Source: Bacteroidota bacterium | GTDB lineage: Bacteria > Bacteroidota > Ignavibacteria > Kryptoniales > JAKASW01 | Assembly: GCA_021845665.1 (NCBI GenBank) | Contig: JAJZVO010000008.1 | Span: forward strand, 12,448-76,447 | Length of the DNA: 64,000 bases | Reading direction: 5' to 3' | Part shown: positions 1 through 9,998 of the stretch, piece after piece | Position numbering within the stretch: position 1 is the stretch's first letter | How the letters are laid out: each line of letters begins with the position of its first letter | Position numbers and translations under genes: made by a program | The notes under the pieces: model-generated | Seen by the model: the letters and a program-made list of their open reading frames with translations, nothing else | The model's database searches: none | Told to the model about the DNA's origin: nothing

Positions 1-408
1 CTTCACCGTGGCGGCGTCCTGCTGTGCGTTCCCGTTCAACAATCTTACCGAATAGATAATCTTGACACCGGCTGCTCTGGCAAAGCTGAAGAGCGCATCG
101 ATATCGGCATGAGTGGGATTGATGTTCGGCATGTCGACCGTCCCGCCGCCGATACGTAAATTCTTTATTCCGAGTTCCCTGAAGAGGTGTACCATCTCGC
201 TATCGCTGGAGTCGAAAAGATGTCCCTGCACGCCGTTCACATTATCTCTCAGGCTTGCGGCTTCAAAGCTTTCGCCGATGAAGCCTGAAGGTATCTTCAC
301 ACCGTTGACATGTGTATCTATAGACAGTGTAACGGATGACTGACAGAATGCGGTTGCCGTAACAAGAATTATAGAGAAGAAAACAAGAGGTAATTTAGAT
401 GGATTCAT
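1..408 (-). CDS. GH79-like secreted glycoside hydrolase, N-terminal fragment (gene continues past window start)
   Basis: Absent from the ORF track because the window edge truncates it. Reverse translation from ATG 408..406 is open in frame to position 1. It reads MNPSKLPLVFFSIILVTATAFCQSS (signal peptide) ...LRIGGGTVDMPN..ADIDALFSFARAAGVKIIYSVRLLNG. These are the same N-terminal TIM-barrel motifs as the paralogs at 425..2242 and 5930..8071. Confidence 0.7.
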   Translation of the reverse strand, partial: MNPSKLPLVFFSIILVTATAFCQSSVTLSIDTHVNGVKIPSGFIGESFEAASLRDNVNGVQGHLFDSSDSEMVHLFRELGIKNLRIGGGTVDMPNINPTHADIDALFSFARAAGVKIIYSVRLLNGNAQQDAATVK

Positions 409-424
409 TATTCTGAATGATTAG

Positions 425-2242
425 TTATTTAAGGAGGAGCATTTTCTTAGTCAACCGGTTTGCTCCCTGCCGAAGGGTATAGAAATAAAGGCCGCTTGGA
501 AGCTTTTGCATGTCGACGTTATACGAATGGCTACCGGCCGGCATGAAACCGTGAGCAACTTCGTCAACCGGTTCACCGAGGACATTATAAATTTTCAGGC
601 TCACTTCGCCAGATCGATTCAATGTAAAACCAATAATAGAGGAGGGATTGAACGGGTTCGGATAATTTTGCAACAGAGAAAAGTTATCCGGATACACCGG
701 CTTCTGCGTCACAGCGGTCAGCTGGCCGCCGATTTTCACGATCGCGGCGGAAGATGAGTGCACAGTCAATACATATTGCCCGGTCTGTGATGAATCGAGT
801 ATAGTCCATCTTCCGGCGAACGGGCACGAGTTTGTGATGACCGCGCCGCCGAGAGTCACGCCGGTCGTCTCGAGTAAATTGTTATTCGGCGCCGAAAGGT
901 ACATAACGCCGGCGCTGTGCGGAGAATCTGCAGGTGTTAGTATGGCGACTTGCGCGTTTCGCGCGAAGGGACCCTGCTCTTTATTTATGATCGTAACATA
1001 AGTGCTTCCCGAGTCATGAACCGCATAGGCAGTGAGATTTAGTCCGTCAGGGTTGGCTATTGCCACCGAATCAACTTTCCCAAAACCCCCGATATCGAAG
1101 GCCTTGATTCCGTAAGCCATCGGGTAAACGCCGTAGGTAACTCCCGATTTGGAAATGACTGCATTAAGTCCCCATTCGTTGACGTGGAAGTTGACGCCGG
1201 CAGCACCGTGCTGCGCCCACCAATTGAGATAATCTAGAGTCCAGAGGGCGGTGGCGAATGAATTGCTCCCGCCTGCTACGGAGCCGCTGAAGCTGTTCGA
1301 CTCCTCGAGCCGAAATCCGAATCCGTCTTTCACGGCGGGAACCAGACAAGCATTGTAAAGGTCAGGATAGTAAGTCGTATCCCACGCCTGAGAAATCATT
1401 TCATTAACCATTTGCTGCGGCGTCTTTCCCGTTGCGGCCTGGCCGACATAGTTGTGCTGCGTTATTAAATTGCCGAGGGTGGAATTCCGTATTGAATCCG
1501 CGAAGTTGGCTGTCCATGATTGATTTTCGTATGAAGTGTTCGCGGAATTCGGAACCGGCCAGTTGCTCCCGGTCGACGGGCCGGCAAAAGTTGCACTGGG
1601 TACTGAGTCGGCAATGGTCTCGGCGAATCTTCTCCACTTCGCGATATAAGAGGGGAACGCGCTTCCAGCCGTTCCCGGTATCGATTCATAAATCTGAGGA
1701 TCAACCGTGTGACCGGGGTAGGTGTGCTGGCTGTGCCAGTCCGGTTCATTGTCGAGCTCGAAACAGTCCAGGTAGCGGCCGTAATTTTGCCAGATGTATT
1801 TTGCGGCAGCGGCGTCGGCTGTATCGCTTGCGTTGAACAACGGAAGTGAATAGATCACTTTGAGTCCCGGTATTTTCTTGACGAATCCGAAAAAGGCGTC
1901 GATGTCCGGACGAGCGGGAAGGCTGCCGTCTTCGGCCCACAGCGCTGTTCCACCGGCAATCCTCATATTCTCTATCCGAAGCGTCCTAAACAGACTTACC
2001 GCTTCCGAGTCGTACGGGGCGAAGAAATATCCGATCGTCCCGTTCACATAAGCCTGCATCGTTGCCGACCCGAAGCTAAGCCCAACAAAATCTACCGGAA
2101 CCGTCATGATACTACTATAAGCTTTGACTGTAATCGTAACCGGCGATTGTGCGAGCGCGGTCTGAGCGAACAAAAGAGCAACCGTAAAACCTATGGCACG
2201 ATTGCCCGATTTTAGATTACGCTTCCGACTAGTCCAACCCAT
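425..2242 (-). CDS. Secreted GH79-like glycoside hydrolase with T9SS C-terminal sorting domain
   Basis: 605-aa ORF with a signal peptide (..ALLFAQTALAQSP). Carries IENMRIAGGT, FELDNEPDWH (acid/base NEP region) and LEESNSFSGSVAGGSNSFATALWTLDYL. The last resembles the heparanase/GH79 nucleophile region GETSS..GGG..FAA..W.LD, recalled from memory. C-terminus LLQNYPNPFNPSS...IYNVLGEPV...GLYFYTLRQG..KKMLLLK is a T9SS CTD. Confidence 0.75.
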   Translation of the reverse strand: MGWTSRKRNLKSGNRAIGFTVALLFAQTALAQSPVTITVKAYSSIMTVPVDFVGLSFGSATMQAYVNGTIGYFFAPYDSEAVSLFRTLRIENMRIAGGTALWAEDGSLPARPDIDAFFGFVKKIPGLKVIYSLPLFNASDTADAAAAKYIWQNYGRYLDCFELDNEPDWHSQHTYPGHTVDPQIYESIPGTAGSAFPSYIAKWRRFAETIADSVPSATFAGPSTGSNWPVPNSANTSYENQSWTANFADSIRNSTLGNLITQHNYVGQAATGKTPQQMVNEMISQAWDTTYYPDLYNACLVPAVKDGFGFRLEESNSFSGSVAGGSNSFATALWTLDYLNWWAQHGAAGVNFHVNEWGLNAVISKSGVTYGVYPMAYGIKAFDIGGFGKVDSVAIANPDGLNLTAYAVHDSGSTYVTIINKEQGPFARNAQVAILTPADSPHSAGVMYLSAPNNNLLETTGVTLGGAVITNSCPFAGRWTILDSSQTGQYVLTVHSSSAAIVKIGGQLTAVTQKPVYPDNFSLLQNYPNPFNPSSIIGFTLNRSGEVSLKIYNVLGEPVDEVAHGFMPAGSHSYNVDMQKLPSGLYFYTLRQGANRLTKKMLLLK

Positions 2243-2244
2243 TC

Positions 2245-2292
2245 AATTAGAAGAATGAAACGGCGGACGGGATAACAATCCGCCCGCCGTTT
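2245..2292 (-). terminator. Rho-independent terminator after the RCC1-repeat gene
   Basis: Minus-strand hairpin AAACGGCGGGCGGAU/AUCCCGUCCGCCGUUU (one bulge, 2258..2292) followed by UCAUUCUUCUAAUU. Lies 15 nt downstream of the stop at 2307. Confidence 0.55.
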
Positions 2293-2306
2293 CGGGTACG
2301 CATTTG

Positions 2307-5300
2307 TTACTTGATCAACATCATCTTCTTTGTTGCCACGAAGTTTCCTGCTCTGAGGATATAGAAGTAAACTCCGCTTGCATAGCGATCCATGTTGAAG
2401 CTTAGATCGTAGTATCCGGCACTCTGGTGCCCATCGACAAGCGCTGCGACTTCCTGACCGAGGACATTGTAGACCCTCAGCGTTACGAAAGCAGCTTTCG
2501 GAAGGTTGTATTTGATTTCTGTCGACGGGTTGAAAGGATTCGGATAGTTCTGCATGAGCGCGAAAGATCTAGGCAAGTTGGCACCGCTTGCTTCGATTCC
2601 GCTCGGAACAGGAGTGATGAACGACCAGATGATCGAGTACGCGCTTGCAAGTGTCGAGGTTTTCGCATTGACCCGCCAGAAGTACTTCGTTCCGCTTGTC
2701 AGTTTTGACCCGATCAAATTGCCGATAACCAGCGAAGTGTCGCCTGAGACGGTCGAGTCTACGATGACGTATGAGAATCCGCTATCGGACGCAACCTGGA
2801 CTTCGTAGGACGTGGCCGAAGGAACTGACTTCCAGACGAGGGCAGTATCGGCTGCCATGAGAGTATCGCCGGTAGCGGGCCCAAGCAGAATCGGAGCAGC
2901 GAGGATGGCGGGAGGCCCCGGGGCGACAAACAAAACCTTCACAGGCACATAGGAGTTCGTCGTGCTGTCGTCACCCAACTGGCCGGATGAATTTGCTCCC
3001 CATGCATAGAGGGAATCGTTGCTCGCGATAGCGAGGACGTGATTGTGACCCGCTGCTACGTTGTCGTACTTGGAGACTCCGGCCATCATGTTAGCCTTAG
3101 TCAGTGCAGTGACCCTTCCGGAAGTAGTCCCGTTGCCGCTCTCGCCGTCGTTGCTGTAGCCGGCTTCATAAATGTTACCGTCGTTGCCCACGGCCTCGAT
3201 GAAGTTCTCACCGCAAGCTATCGCGCCCCATCCTGTAACTCCAGCGGGCATCGCAATTTTCCCGGGAGTCGTAAGGCTCGCAGTACCACCATCCGCAAGC
3301 TGGCCGTTTCCACCGTTGCCCCATCCGTAGAGATTGCCGTCGTTGCCGATTGCGATCGCGTGATAACCGCCAGCGGCAAACGCGAGCCAACCCGAAACGC
3401 CGGCCGGGAGCTGTACCATTACGAGCGTGTCGCTGTCTGTTTTGGTGCCGTCGCCAAGCTGACCGTTGGCGTTGCGCCCGGTTTCAAACAACTCTCCGTT
3501 GGAGCAGAGTATCGCGCTCCAGTTATTCCCGGCGAAGACCTGCACGGGCTTCAGGCCGGCCGTCGATCCCATCTTGACAGGGACGCTGGAGTTCGTGGTA
3601 GACGTATCGCCAAGCTGACCTGTGCTGTTAAAGCCCCAGGCGTACACATTTCCGTCGTTGCCAATTGCAAGAGAGTGTGCAGCTCCGGCCGCGACATCGG
3701 TCCAGCTCTTGACACCCGCCGGGAAAGTCACCATTACCGGCAGGCTTGTATCGCTCGTGGTACCATTTCCGAGCTGGCCGTCATTGTTCTGTCCCCACGC
3801 GTAGAGGGTATCGTTGTTGCCGAGGGCTACCGTCTGCGTCTGTCCCGCGGCTACAATTTTCCAGCCGGTTACTCCAATAGGGAAAGGTATCGCGGTCGCG
3901 ATAGTATCATTGACCATCGTACCGTTGCCCAATTGACCATACTGGTTGTTTCCCCACGTGAAGAGCGTGTCCATCGCATTAATGAAGTATGAAGAGTTCG
4001 AATTTGCCTCTGCAGCCAGACGGAGGCCAGAAGTCACGGGCTCTCCGGGAGTAGTGAAAGACGATATTGCGGAGTACGAGCCACTCGTGCTGCTTACACC
4101 GACAACGCGCCAGTAGTACGTCGACCCAAGGCTCAGTACCGGACCGAAGAGGCTTCGGATCGGGTACGATATTCCCGTCAGGCCTGCGGTATCATAGACT
4201 ATTGTCGTGAACTTGCTGGTGCTGGAAACCTGAAGCTCATAGCTGTTCGCTCCTGAGACGCTCCCCCATGTGGCGGTAGAATCTGAGGTTGCCAACTGGG
4301 CGCCGTTCGCGGGACCGGACAATGCAGCAGCCGCCAGGTCCTGGGAGTTGACGTACACCGGAACGATCGCTTCAACGGTCGTCCCGTTGCCAAGCTGGCC
4401 AGCGCTGTTCAAACCCCATGAATACATGTGGCCGTTGCTCCCGATGATCAATCCGTGATTGTGGCCTGCCGCATAAGAAGTTGCGGTCACTCCTGCCGGC
4501 AGGCTGACGATTTGAATGGAAGTATTGTTTTTCAGCATTTGCCCATCGCCGAGTTCGCCGTCGCTTCCGAATCCCCAGGCATACAGCGAATCGTTGCTGG
4601 CCATTCCTAGGCAGAAGCTTCCGCCGCCGGAGAAGCTCTTCCAGCCCGTCGCCGCGCCGGGCAACAATACTTTCGTGAATGAGTTGCGCTGCGACGTGGT
4701 GCCATCTCCTACTTGACCGTTTCCGTTGGATCCTGCGGAGTAAAGATTACCATCATTCCCTAAAGCATAACTTGTGAAGGCTCCGGCACCAATCTCAGTC
4801 CAGGATGTGACGCCCGATGGAAACTTGACAGTCACGGGGCTGTGTTGATCCGTTGTATTTCCGATACCGAGTTGACCATTAAAGTTTCTTCCCCACACAT
4901 AAAGCGAATCGTTGCTGCCGACGGCGAGGCCGAAATTGGTTCCTGCAGCGATCTTGGTTGCGGTTACTCCCGTAGGAAGCTTAACCAGCGTCGGGATACT
5001 ATCGTTGCTTGTCGTCCCGTTTCCGAGCTGTCCGAAATTGTTGAAGCCCCAGGCGTATATGTCACCGTTGTTCGCCATTGCCATGCTGTAAAAGGCGCCT
5101 GCAGCCACGGCAGTCCAGCTTGTGACTCCCGCCGGCTTCTTCACCATTACCGGTATCGAGTCACTTGCAGTTGAGCTGTCGCCCAACTGGCCGTAGTTGT
5201 TGAGCCCCCATGCATAGACGTTCCCGTCGCTTCCAAGGGCCACGATGTGGCTTTGGCCTGTCGCCACTTGCGTCCAGCTCGTGACACCTGCGGGCATTTT

Positions 5301-5567
5301 GACTGCTACAGGTATCGAATCCTGGGGGATGTTGTTTTTCGAAATTACGGTTTGGAGGTAATTGTCGTTCCCCCAAACGTACAGCGTGCCGCTTGAAGTA
5401 AGGTAGCACGAAGAATACGCGACCGGGCTCGACACAACATCCTGCGCGTATGTGACTGCGTCTGGCAGGCCCAGGAAGAGAGCCATCGCTAAAAATGCGA
5501 GCAAAAAACTCGGCGCAACGTGCGCTCTCTTCGCTGAATTCCCCGAAGAAGCTATACAGCTTTCCAT
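2307..5567 (-). CDS. Giant secreted RCC1-repeat protein with two FN3-like modules and a T9SS sorting domain
   Basis: 1086 aa. The RCC1 signature (YAWG.N..GQLG.G..) recurs about 14 times, in two blocks. Each block is followed by an FN3-like module (..W..V.GA.SYE.QVS....F......YYWRV). N-terminal hydrophobic signal; C-terminus MQNYPNPFNPSTEI...VYNVLGQEV...GVYFYILRAG..KKMMLIK. Confidence 0.85.
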   Translation of the reverse strand: MESCIASSGNSAKRAHVAPSFLLAFLAMALFLGLPDAVTYAQDVVSSPVAYSSCYLTSSGTLYVWGNDNYLQTVISKNNIPQDSIPVAVKMPAGVTSWTQVATGQSHIVALGSDGNVYAWGLNNYGQLGDSSTASDSIPVMVKKPAGVTSWTAVAAGAFYSMAMANNGDIYAWGFNNFGQLGNGTTSNDSIPTLVKLPTGVTATKIAAGTNFGLAVGSNDSLYVWGRNFNGQLGIGNTTDQHSPVTVKFPSGVTSWTEIGAGAFTSYALGNDGNLYSAGSNGNGQVGDGTTSQRNSFTKVLLPGAATGWKSFSGGGSFCLGMASNDSLYAWGFGSDGELGDGQMLKNNTSIQIVSLPAGVTATSYAAGHNHGLIIGSNGHMYSWGLNSAGQLGNGTTVEAIVPVYVNSQDLAAAALSGPANGAQLATSDSTATWGSVSGANSYELQVSSTSKFTTIVYDTAGLTGISYPIRSLFGPVLSLGSTYYWRVVGVSSTSGSYSAISSFTTPGEPVTSGLRLAAEANSNSSYFINAMDTLFTWGNNQYGQLGNGTMVNDTIATAIPFPIGVTGWKIVAAGQTQTVALGNNDTLYAWGQNNDGQLGNGTTSDTSLPVMVTFPAGVKSWTDVAAGAAHSLAIGNDGNVYAWGFNSTGQLGDTSTTNSSVPVKMGSTAGLKPVQVFAGNNWSAILCSNGELFETGRNANGQLGDGTKTDSDTLVMVQLPAGVSGWLAFAAGGYHAIAIGNDGNLYGWGNGGNGQLADGGTASLTTPGKIAMPAGVTGWGAIACGENFIEAVGNDGNIYEAGYSNDGESGNGTTSGRVTALTKANMMAGVSKYDNVAAGHNHVLAIASNDSLYAWGANSSGQLGDDSTTNSYVPVKVLFVAPGPPAILAAPILLGPATGDTLMAADTALVWKSVPSATSYEVQVASDSGFSYVIVDSTVSGDTSLVIGNLIGSKLTSGTKYFWRVNAKTSTLASAYSIIWSFITPVPSGIEASGANLPRSFALMQNYPNPFNPSTEIKYNLPKAAFVTLRVYNVLGQEVAALVDGHQSAGYYDLSFNMDRYASGVYFYILRAGNFVATKKMMLIK

Positions 5568-5929
5568 TTCTTCTCCTCTTTTTGAGTTTTACGATGTGAC
5601 CTGACAAGCCGCGCCCGGCGCGCGAAGTCTGCCGCATCTCGATTTGATTGCTTTGTAGCCGGGATTACCACGTCGGTCTTCTTCGGCACGCCGGGCCGAC
5701 GGGGGATTACTTGCAAAACCTGATTGATGATGAACGGAGTGAAATGCCGCTCGATAGCCTGGAATTAAGAGAACGCTGAATTGCCAGCACACATTGGCGA
5801 TCGAAAGCTCACCCCACGACGGGATCTTAGCATATTCCTCTCGGTCCCGTACCCCGATATTTTGAGTTGCCCGTCAAAATCCTAAGGGATGGGGGATATA
5901 CGCGCAACCATCTCTGCGAGCCTCCCCCG

Positions 5930-8071
5930 TTACTTGAGGAGAAGCATCTTCCTCGTAATCTCTTTCGCTCCCTGACGCAGTGTATAGAAATAAACGCCGC
6001 TGGCGAATTGGTCCATGTTGACGCTGTACGAATACTCGCCCGCCGGTTTGAATCCATCGGCCACGACGTCGACCCGCTGCCCGAGGACATTATACATTTC
6101 AAGGCTCATGTTGCCGGAACGGTCGAGACTAAAATCGATTTCTGTCGAAGGGTTGAAAGGATTCGGATAATTCTGCGCGAGAGCGAATTTCTCAGGTACG
6201 CCGATAGGCTGACGCACAGACAGTAATCCGGCGCCGGTTGTGAACGAACCGGCCGCCGAGTACGAACTCGTGAAAAGTGTGTCCATTACTAGAGCGCGCC
6301 AGTAATATTTGGTGGTCGCATTCAGAGGTGTCGAAAGCTGAACAGACGTGTCCTGCGCAGCTGTCGTGGTTGTATCGAATACTACGGAACTGAATGCACT
6401 GTCGGCAGAAATCTCCACATGATAACCTGTCGCGCCTGTGGACGAAGCCCAACTGAGCGTGGCCATCCGAGGTACGGCGCTCTCTCCATCGGGACTCATC
6501 CCAACCGGCGGCTTAATGCTGACGAAAGGACCTCCGATCCTGACGATCGCAGCCGTGGTCATCGGCATGCGGACAACGTAGTGTCCAGATTCAACGCTAT
6601 CGATGGGTGACCACTTCCCGACGAAAGGCAAGTCGTTTCTTATCGGTTCAAAGCCAAGAGTCATCCCGCCCTGAGCGAGGACGTTTCGTTCCGGTGCAGA
6701 GAGATACATTACGGATGCCGTGTCCGGGAAACCGTTTGCGGAAATACTTACGATGGCATTTTGCGGGGCAGGTGCAAACGGCCTGGTTGATGGATGTTCC
6801 TTGTTGATTATCGTGACGAAGAGTTTCCCACTGCTGTCCTGAACGGCATATGCTGTCAGGTCGACGTTATCCGGATTGGTCACCGTAACGGAATCGACCT
6901 TCCCGTGACCGCCGATATTGAATGCCGCGATACCGTATCCCATCGGGTTAATATGGTAGTTGCCGTTCGAGCCCATATATATGGTATCGTTAAGTACCCA
7001 TTGCTTGTTGTGGAAATTGACGCCGGATGCGTCGTGTTCCGCCCACCAATGCAGGTAGTCCAAGGAGTACAGTGCGGTCGCAAAGCTCGTGCTACCGCCG
7101 GTAAGTCCGCCACTGAAACTGTTGGATTCGGTCAAGCGGTAGCTCAGTCCATCGTGAAGCACCGGGACGCAAGTCGCCTCGTACAATTCCTGATAGTAGG
7201 TTGTGTCCCAAGTGGCAGAAAGCATGGCATCGGCCATCGACTGCGGAGTGCCTCCGGCACCCTGGCCGACATAGTCATGGAAGTAGATCCCGGTGACATC
7301 TCCGAGGCTCAATGTGCTGTCGGCAAACTGGACTGTCCAAGGCAGGCCGTCGAAGTAAGTATTCGCCCCGCCGGGTATGGGATAGTTGCTCCCCGAATCC
7401 GGCCCACCGAGTTTCACGTCGGGGATCGCCGTCTTCACTGCGGCGGCAAACGTCTCCCACCTTGCGAGGTAGGAAGGGAATGCGGAACCCGCGACGCCGG
7501 GATCGGTCTCATATATAGTTGAGTCCACGATATGGCCGGGATAGGAATGATAAGAATGAAAATCGGGTTCGTTGCCGATCGCAAAGTTTTTTATGTGTTG
7601 ATGATAATTCGACCAGACGTATTTCGCTATATCGGTGTCCTGCGATATACTTCCGTTCAGGAGCCTGAGAGAGTAAATGACACTCAGGTTTGTCGCTTTG
7701 ACGAAACGGAAAAAGGCATCGATGTCGGAGTTGGTGGGAATCACGTTGTTCGCATCCACTGAGCCACCGCCTACGCGAATGTTCCTGATTCCGAGGTTGT
7801 CGAAGAGCGTGATCATTTGTGCATGAAGCGCCTGTGGCCACTGAGTAGAATCGTCCATCCAATTGCCGGCAACTCCGGCGTTGCCGTATCTTAGACTCCC
7901 GGTTTCGATACTCAGGCCGGAGAAATCCGGGGGAATTGAAATATTCGGCGCCGTTGTATCGATTGTCAATGAAACCGGTGACTGAGCCCGTGAACTCGCT
8001 GCAAATAGTAAGATGAAAAGGAACAGACTTGCCCCGATCAGAATCGGATAATTCCTGCAAACAGACCTCAT
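5930..8071 (-). CDS. Secreted GH79-like glycoside hydrolase with FN3-like module and T9SS sorting domain
   Basis: Paralog of 425..2242: IRNIRVGGGS, FAIGNEPDFH, LTESNSFSGGLTGGSTSFATALYSLDYL. Adds an FN3-like insert (LSWASSTGATGYHVEISADSAF...TKYYWRALV) and a T9SS CTD. Start moved from track position 8155 to ATG 8071 (MRSVCRNYPILIGASLFLFILLFAASSRAQSP), which gives a normal signal peptide. Confidence 0.75.
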   Translation of the reverse strand: MRSVCRNYPILIGASLFLFILLFAASSRAQSPVSLTIDTTAPNISIPPDFSGLSIETGSLRYGNAGVAGNWMDDSTQWPQALHAQMITLFDNLGIRNIRVGGGSVDANNVIPTNSDIDAFFRFVKATNLSVIYSLRLLNGSISQDTDIAKYVWSNYHQHIKNFAIGNEPDFHSYHSYPGHIVDSTIYETDPGVAGSAFPSYLARWETFAAAVKTAIPDVKLGGPDSGSNYPIPGGANTYFDGLPWTVQFADSTLSLGDVTGIYFHDYVGQGAGGTPQSMADAMLSATWDTTYYQELYEATCVPVLHDGLSYRLTESNSFSGGLTGGSTSFATALYSLDYLHWWAEHDASGVNFHNKQWVLNDTIYMGSNGNYHINPMGYGIAAFNIGGHGKVDSVTVTNPDNVDLTAYAVQDSSGKLFVTIINKEHPSTRPFAPAPQNAIVSISANGFPDTASVMYLSAPERNVLAQGGMTLGFEPIRNDLPFVGKWSPIDSVESGHYVVRMPMTTAAIVRIGGPFVSIKPPVGMSPDGESAVPRMATLSWASSTGATGYHVEISADSAFSSVVFDTTTTAAQDTSVQLSTPLNATTKYYWRALVMDTLFTSSYSAAGSFTTGAGLLSVRQPIGVPEKFALAQNYPNPFNPSTEIDFSLDRSGNMSLEMYNVLGQRVDVVADGFKPAGEYSYSVNMDQFASGVYFYTLRQGAKEITRKMLLLK

Positions 8072-8203
8072 AGAAAATTCAACCTTCGAAAAGAGTTTTG
8101 CCTGGAGCGGTTCCCGGTGAAATAAATGGAACTGTTTTGTGAAAGTGCGACGCATTCATGTCCAAGTAACAGAGTAGGTCTCGCCGCAGAAAGGGTCAAT
8201 CGG

Positions 8204-8243
8204 AAAAATATACGGGGCTGCCTGCTTGGCTGCAGGCAGTCCC
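8204..8243 (-). terminator. Rho-independent terminator after gene 8268..9998
   Basis: 12-bp stem GGGACUGCCUGC/GCAGGCAGCCCC (one G-U pair), loop AGCCAA, followed by GUAUAUUUUU on the minus strand. Lies 25 nt after the stop codon. Confidence 0.6.
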
Positions 8244-8267
8244 GCTCCTGTAATGGAGGATGATCCA

Positions 8268-9998
8268 TTACTTAAGGAGAAGCATTTTCTTTGTAATAAC
8301 GTTTGCGCCCTCACGGAGAGAGTAGAAGTAGACTCCGCTGGCGAATCTATCCATGTTGACGCTGTACGTGTACTGGCCCGCTGGCTTGTAACCCTGGGCG
8401 ACGACTGAGACGACCTGACCCAGGACGTTATAGACCGTGAGGCTGATTATGCCTGCATGGGCAAGACTGAACTTGACCTCGGTCGTCGGGTTGAACGGGT
8501 TAGGATAGTTCTGGCTCAGCGTAAAGGCCGACGGGACCGGCCTGCCTGTTGTCTTTACCGCGAGAGGAAGCTGTGACGGGAACCAGTTGAGGTCACCGAC
8601 CGGCTTTCCGTCGAGGCTGGCGGTCGTCAGCTGCGAATTGGAGAAAGCGAGGTTTTCCGGAACCGGGTAACCGCTGTTCCAACCGTTCCATGTCTTCGGA
8701 ACTCCGGCGAAAATACCGGTGTAATACGGATTTGTCTGAAGCTGCCACCAGCGGAAGACGCCGGCGTTTCCGAGCGAGCCGTAGGGGGTGTTCCAGCCTA
8801 CTCCGAGGATGAATTTGATGAGCGAGTCGACTGAGGGTATTACTAGCGACGAACTGAATCCGGGATCGACGCTGTCGTTGTTCGCGGCCTTGAAACCGGG
8901 CCACGCGGTATGATTGCTGAACATATAAGCGGTCTGCGCGTTCATCCAGATTGGAGGCACTACAGTCCACCCCTTCGCTGTGTCGTCGATGGCCTTGTAT
9001 AGATTGAGAAGCGTGTCGGGCCAATAGTAAACGTTGTTATCAACGGTGATGGTTCTTTGAGCTTCGCTGACGCCGTACTGGGTTCCGACCGTGCGCAGAG
9101 AATCCGTCATAACAATCCCGAATCCTTGCTTCGCATCATTCGCTCCGCCGCTGCGGATGTACGTCGAGTCGGCACCGTGAGCTTCGACTCCGTAGAATAT
9201 GTTGTTAGAGATGTTGGCATTTGTAAGATGGCTGGAGAGGAGGAGGCCGCTACAGCTAAGGAAGAACGTATTGTGGTTGAGATCGAGGTATTTATAGTAG
9301 CCGGGGCCGCCGTATGCTTGGCGTCCCATGCAGAAGAAAGTATTGTCAAGTATCTTGACGGTATCCATCGACACACCATAGAGCGCCCACATTGCACCGC
9401 CCGACTGCCAGAACTGGTTCGAGGCGTTCCTGTTCTCGCAGTTGGTCATGTAAAAACTGTCCCAATTGCCGGAGAAATTTCCGACGGAGCCGTTGCAGTT
9501 GTCTATCACATCGTGATCAAGAATGAGGGTACTGCTATCACCGCTCTCGTTGATGAGGTTGGCGATAGCGTTGTCGCTGTCCGGGGCGGTTCCTAGAATG
9601 TAAAGGTGCTCCAGCTTGATCGTGCCGGGCGTACTCGCCGATATAAGGTTGGACGGGTAGGTATTGTTCTGACGAACGATCGGCTGGATAACAGGCGGCA
9701 TGCCGGTGACCGGGTTACGCCTTCCTATGATCGTAAGGTTGTAGTTCCGGACTAGAATAGGATCCGTGAAATAATACGGAGTATCGACTTTCGTCGTTTG
9801 TTGGAGCACATACACCGTATTAGGATTGACTCGCTGGCCCGTCGCGGTGGTATCTCCCATGATCTGCTGCTCGAACGTCTCGCCCGTCGGATTAGCGTAG
9901 ACGATGACGGTATCGGCCGCCTGAGCATAGGAGTTGCGTGGAGCCATGAAAGATGCAGCAAATGCGATGATGAATGTCACAGTGACTATTGCTTTCAT
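8268..9998 (-). CDS. Secreted protein of unknown function (possible parallel beta-helix) with T9SS sorting domain
   Basis: Start moved to ATG 9998 (GGGAGA 6 nt upstream), giving signal peptide MKAIVTVTFIIAFAASFMAPRNSYAQA. The Asn/Gly-rich repetitive core (DNCNGSVGNFSGNW, ISNNIFYG) weakly suggests a pectin-lyase-like fold. C-terminus LSQNYPNPFNPTTEV...VYNVLGQVV...GVYFYSLREG..KKMLLLK. Confidence 0.7.
   Translation of the reverse strand: MKAIVTVTFIIAFAASFMAPRNSYAQAADTVIVYANPTGETFEQQIMGDTTATGQRVNPNTVYVLQQTTKVDTPYYFTDPILVRNYNLTIIGRRNPVTGMPPVIQPIVRQNNTYPSNLISASTPGTIKLEHLYILGTAPDSDNAIANLINESGDSSTLILDHDVIDNCNGSVGNFSGNWDSFYMTNCENRNASNQFWQSGGAMWALYGVSMDTVKILDNTFFCMGRQAYGGPGYYKYLDLNHNTFFLSCSGLLLSSHLTNANISNNIFYGVEAHGADSTYIRSGGANDAKQGFGIVMTDSLRTVGTQYGVSEAQRTITVDNNVYYWPDTLLNLYKAIDDTAKGWTVVPPIWMNAQTAYMFSNHTAWPGFKAANNDSVDPGFSSSLVIPSVDSLIKFILGVGWNTPYGSLGNAGVFRWWQLQTNPYYTGIFAGVPKTWNGWNSGYPVPENLAFSNSQLTTASLDGKPVGDLNWFPSQLPLAVKTTGRPVPSAFTLSQNYPNPFNPTTEVKFSLAHAGIISLTVYNVLGQVVSVVAQGYKPAGQYTYSVNMDRFASGVYFYSLREGANVITKKMLLLK

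Noticed and set aside
3039-3992. Long plus-strand ORFs antisense to well-supported minus-strand genes: 3039..3992, 6794..7522, 10516..11304, 12025..13239, 18976..20409, 21605..22309, 35 kb region ORFs and others.
   Set aside because: Each lies wholly inside a minus-strand gene with strong family motifs. Their translations are Arg/Ser/Pro/Gly-rich with no recognisable motif. These are typical shadow ORFs of moderately GC-rich coding DNA.
8072-8155. First 28 codons of the 741-aa track ORF, and similarly 9999..10043 of the 591-aa ORF.
   Set aside because: Internal ATGs give canonical signal peptides and, for 9998, a GGGAGA ribosome-binding site. The upstream extensions are non-hydrophobic and unnecessary.
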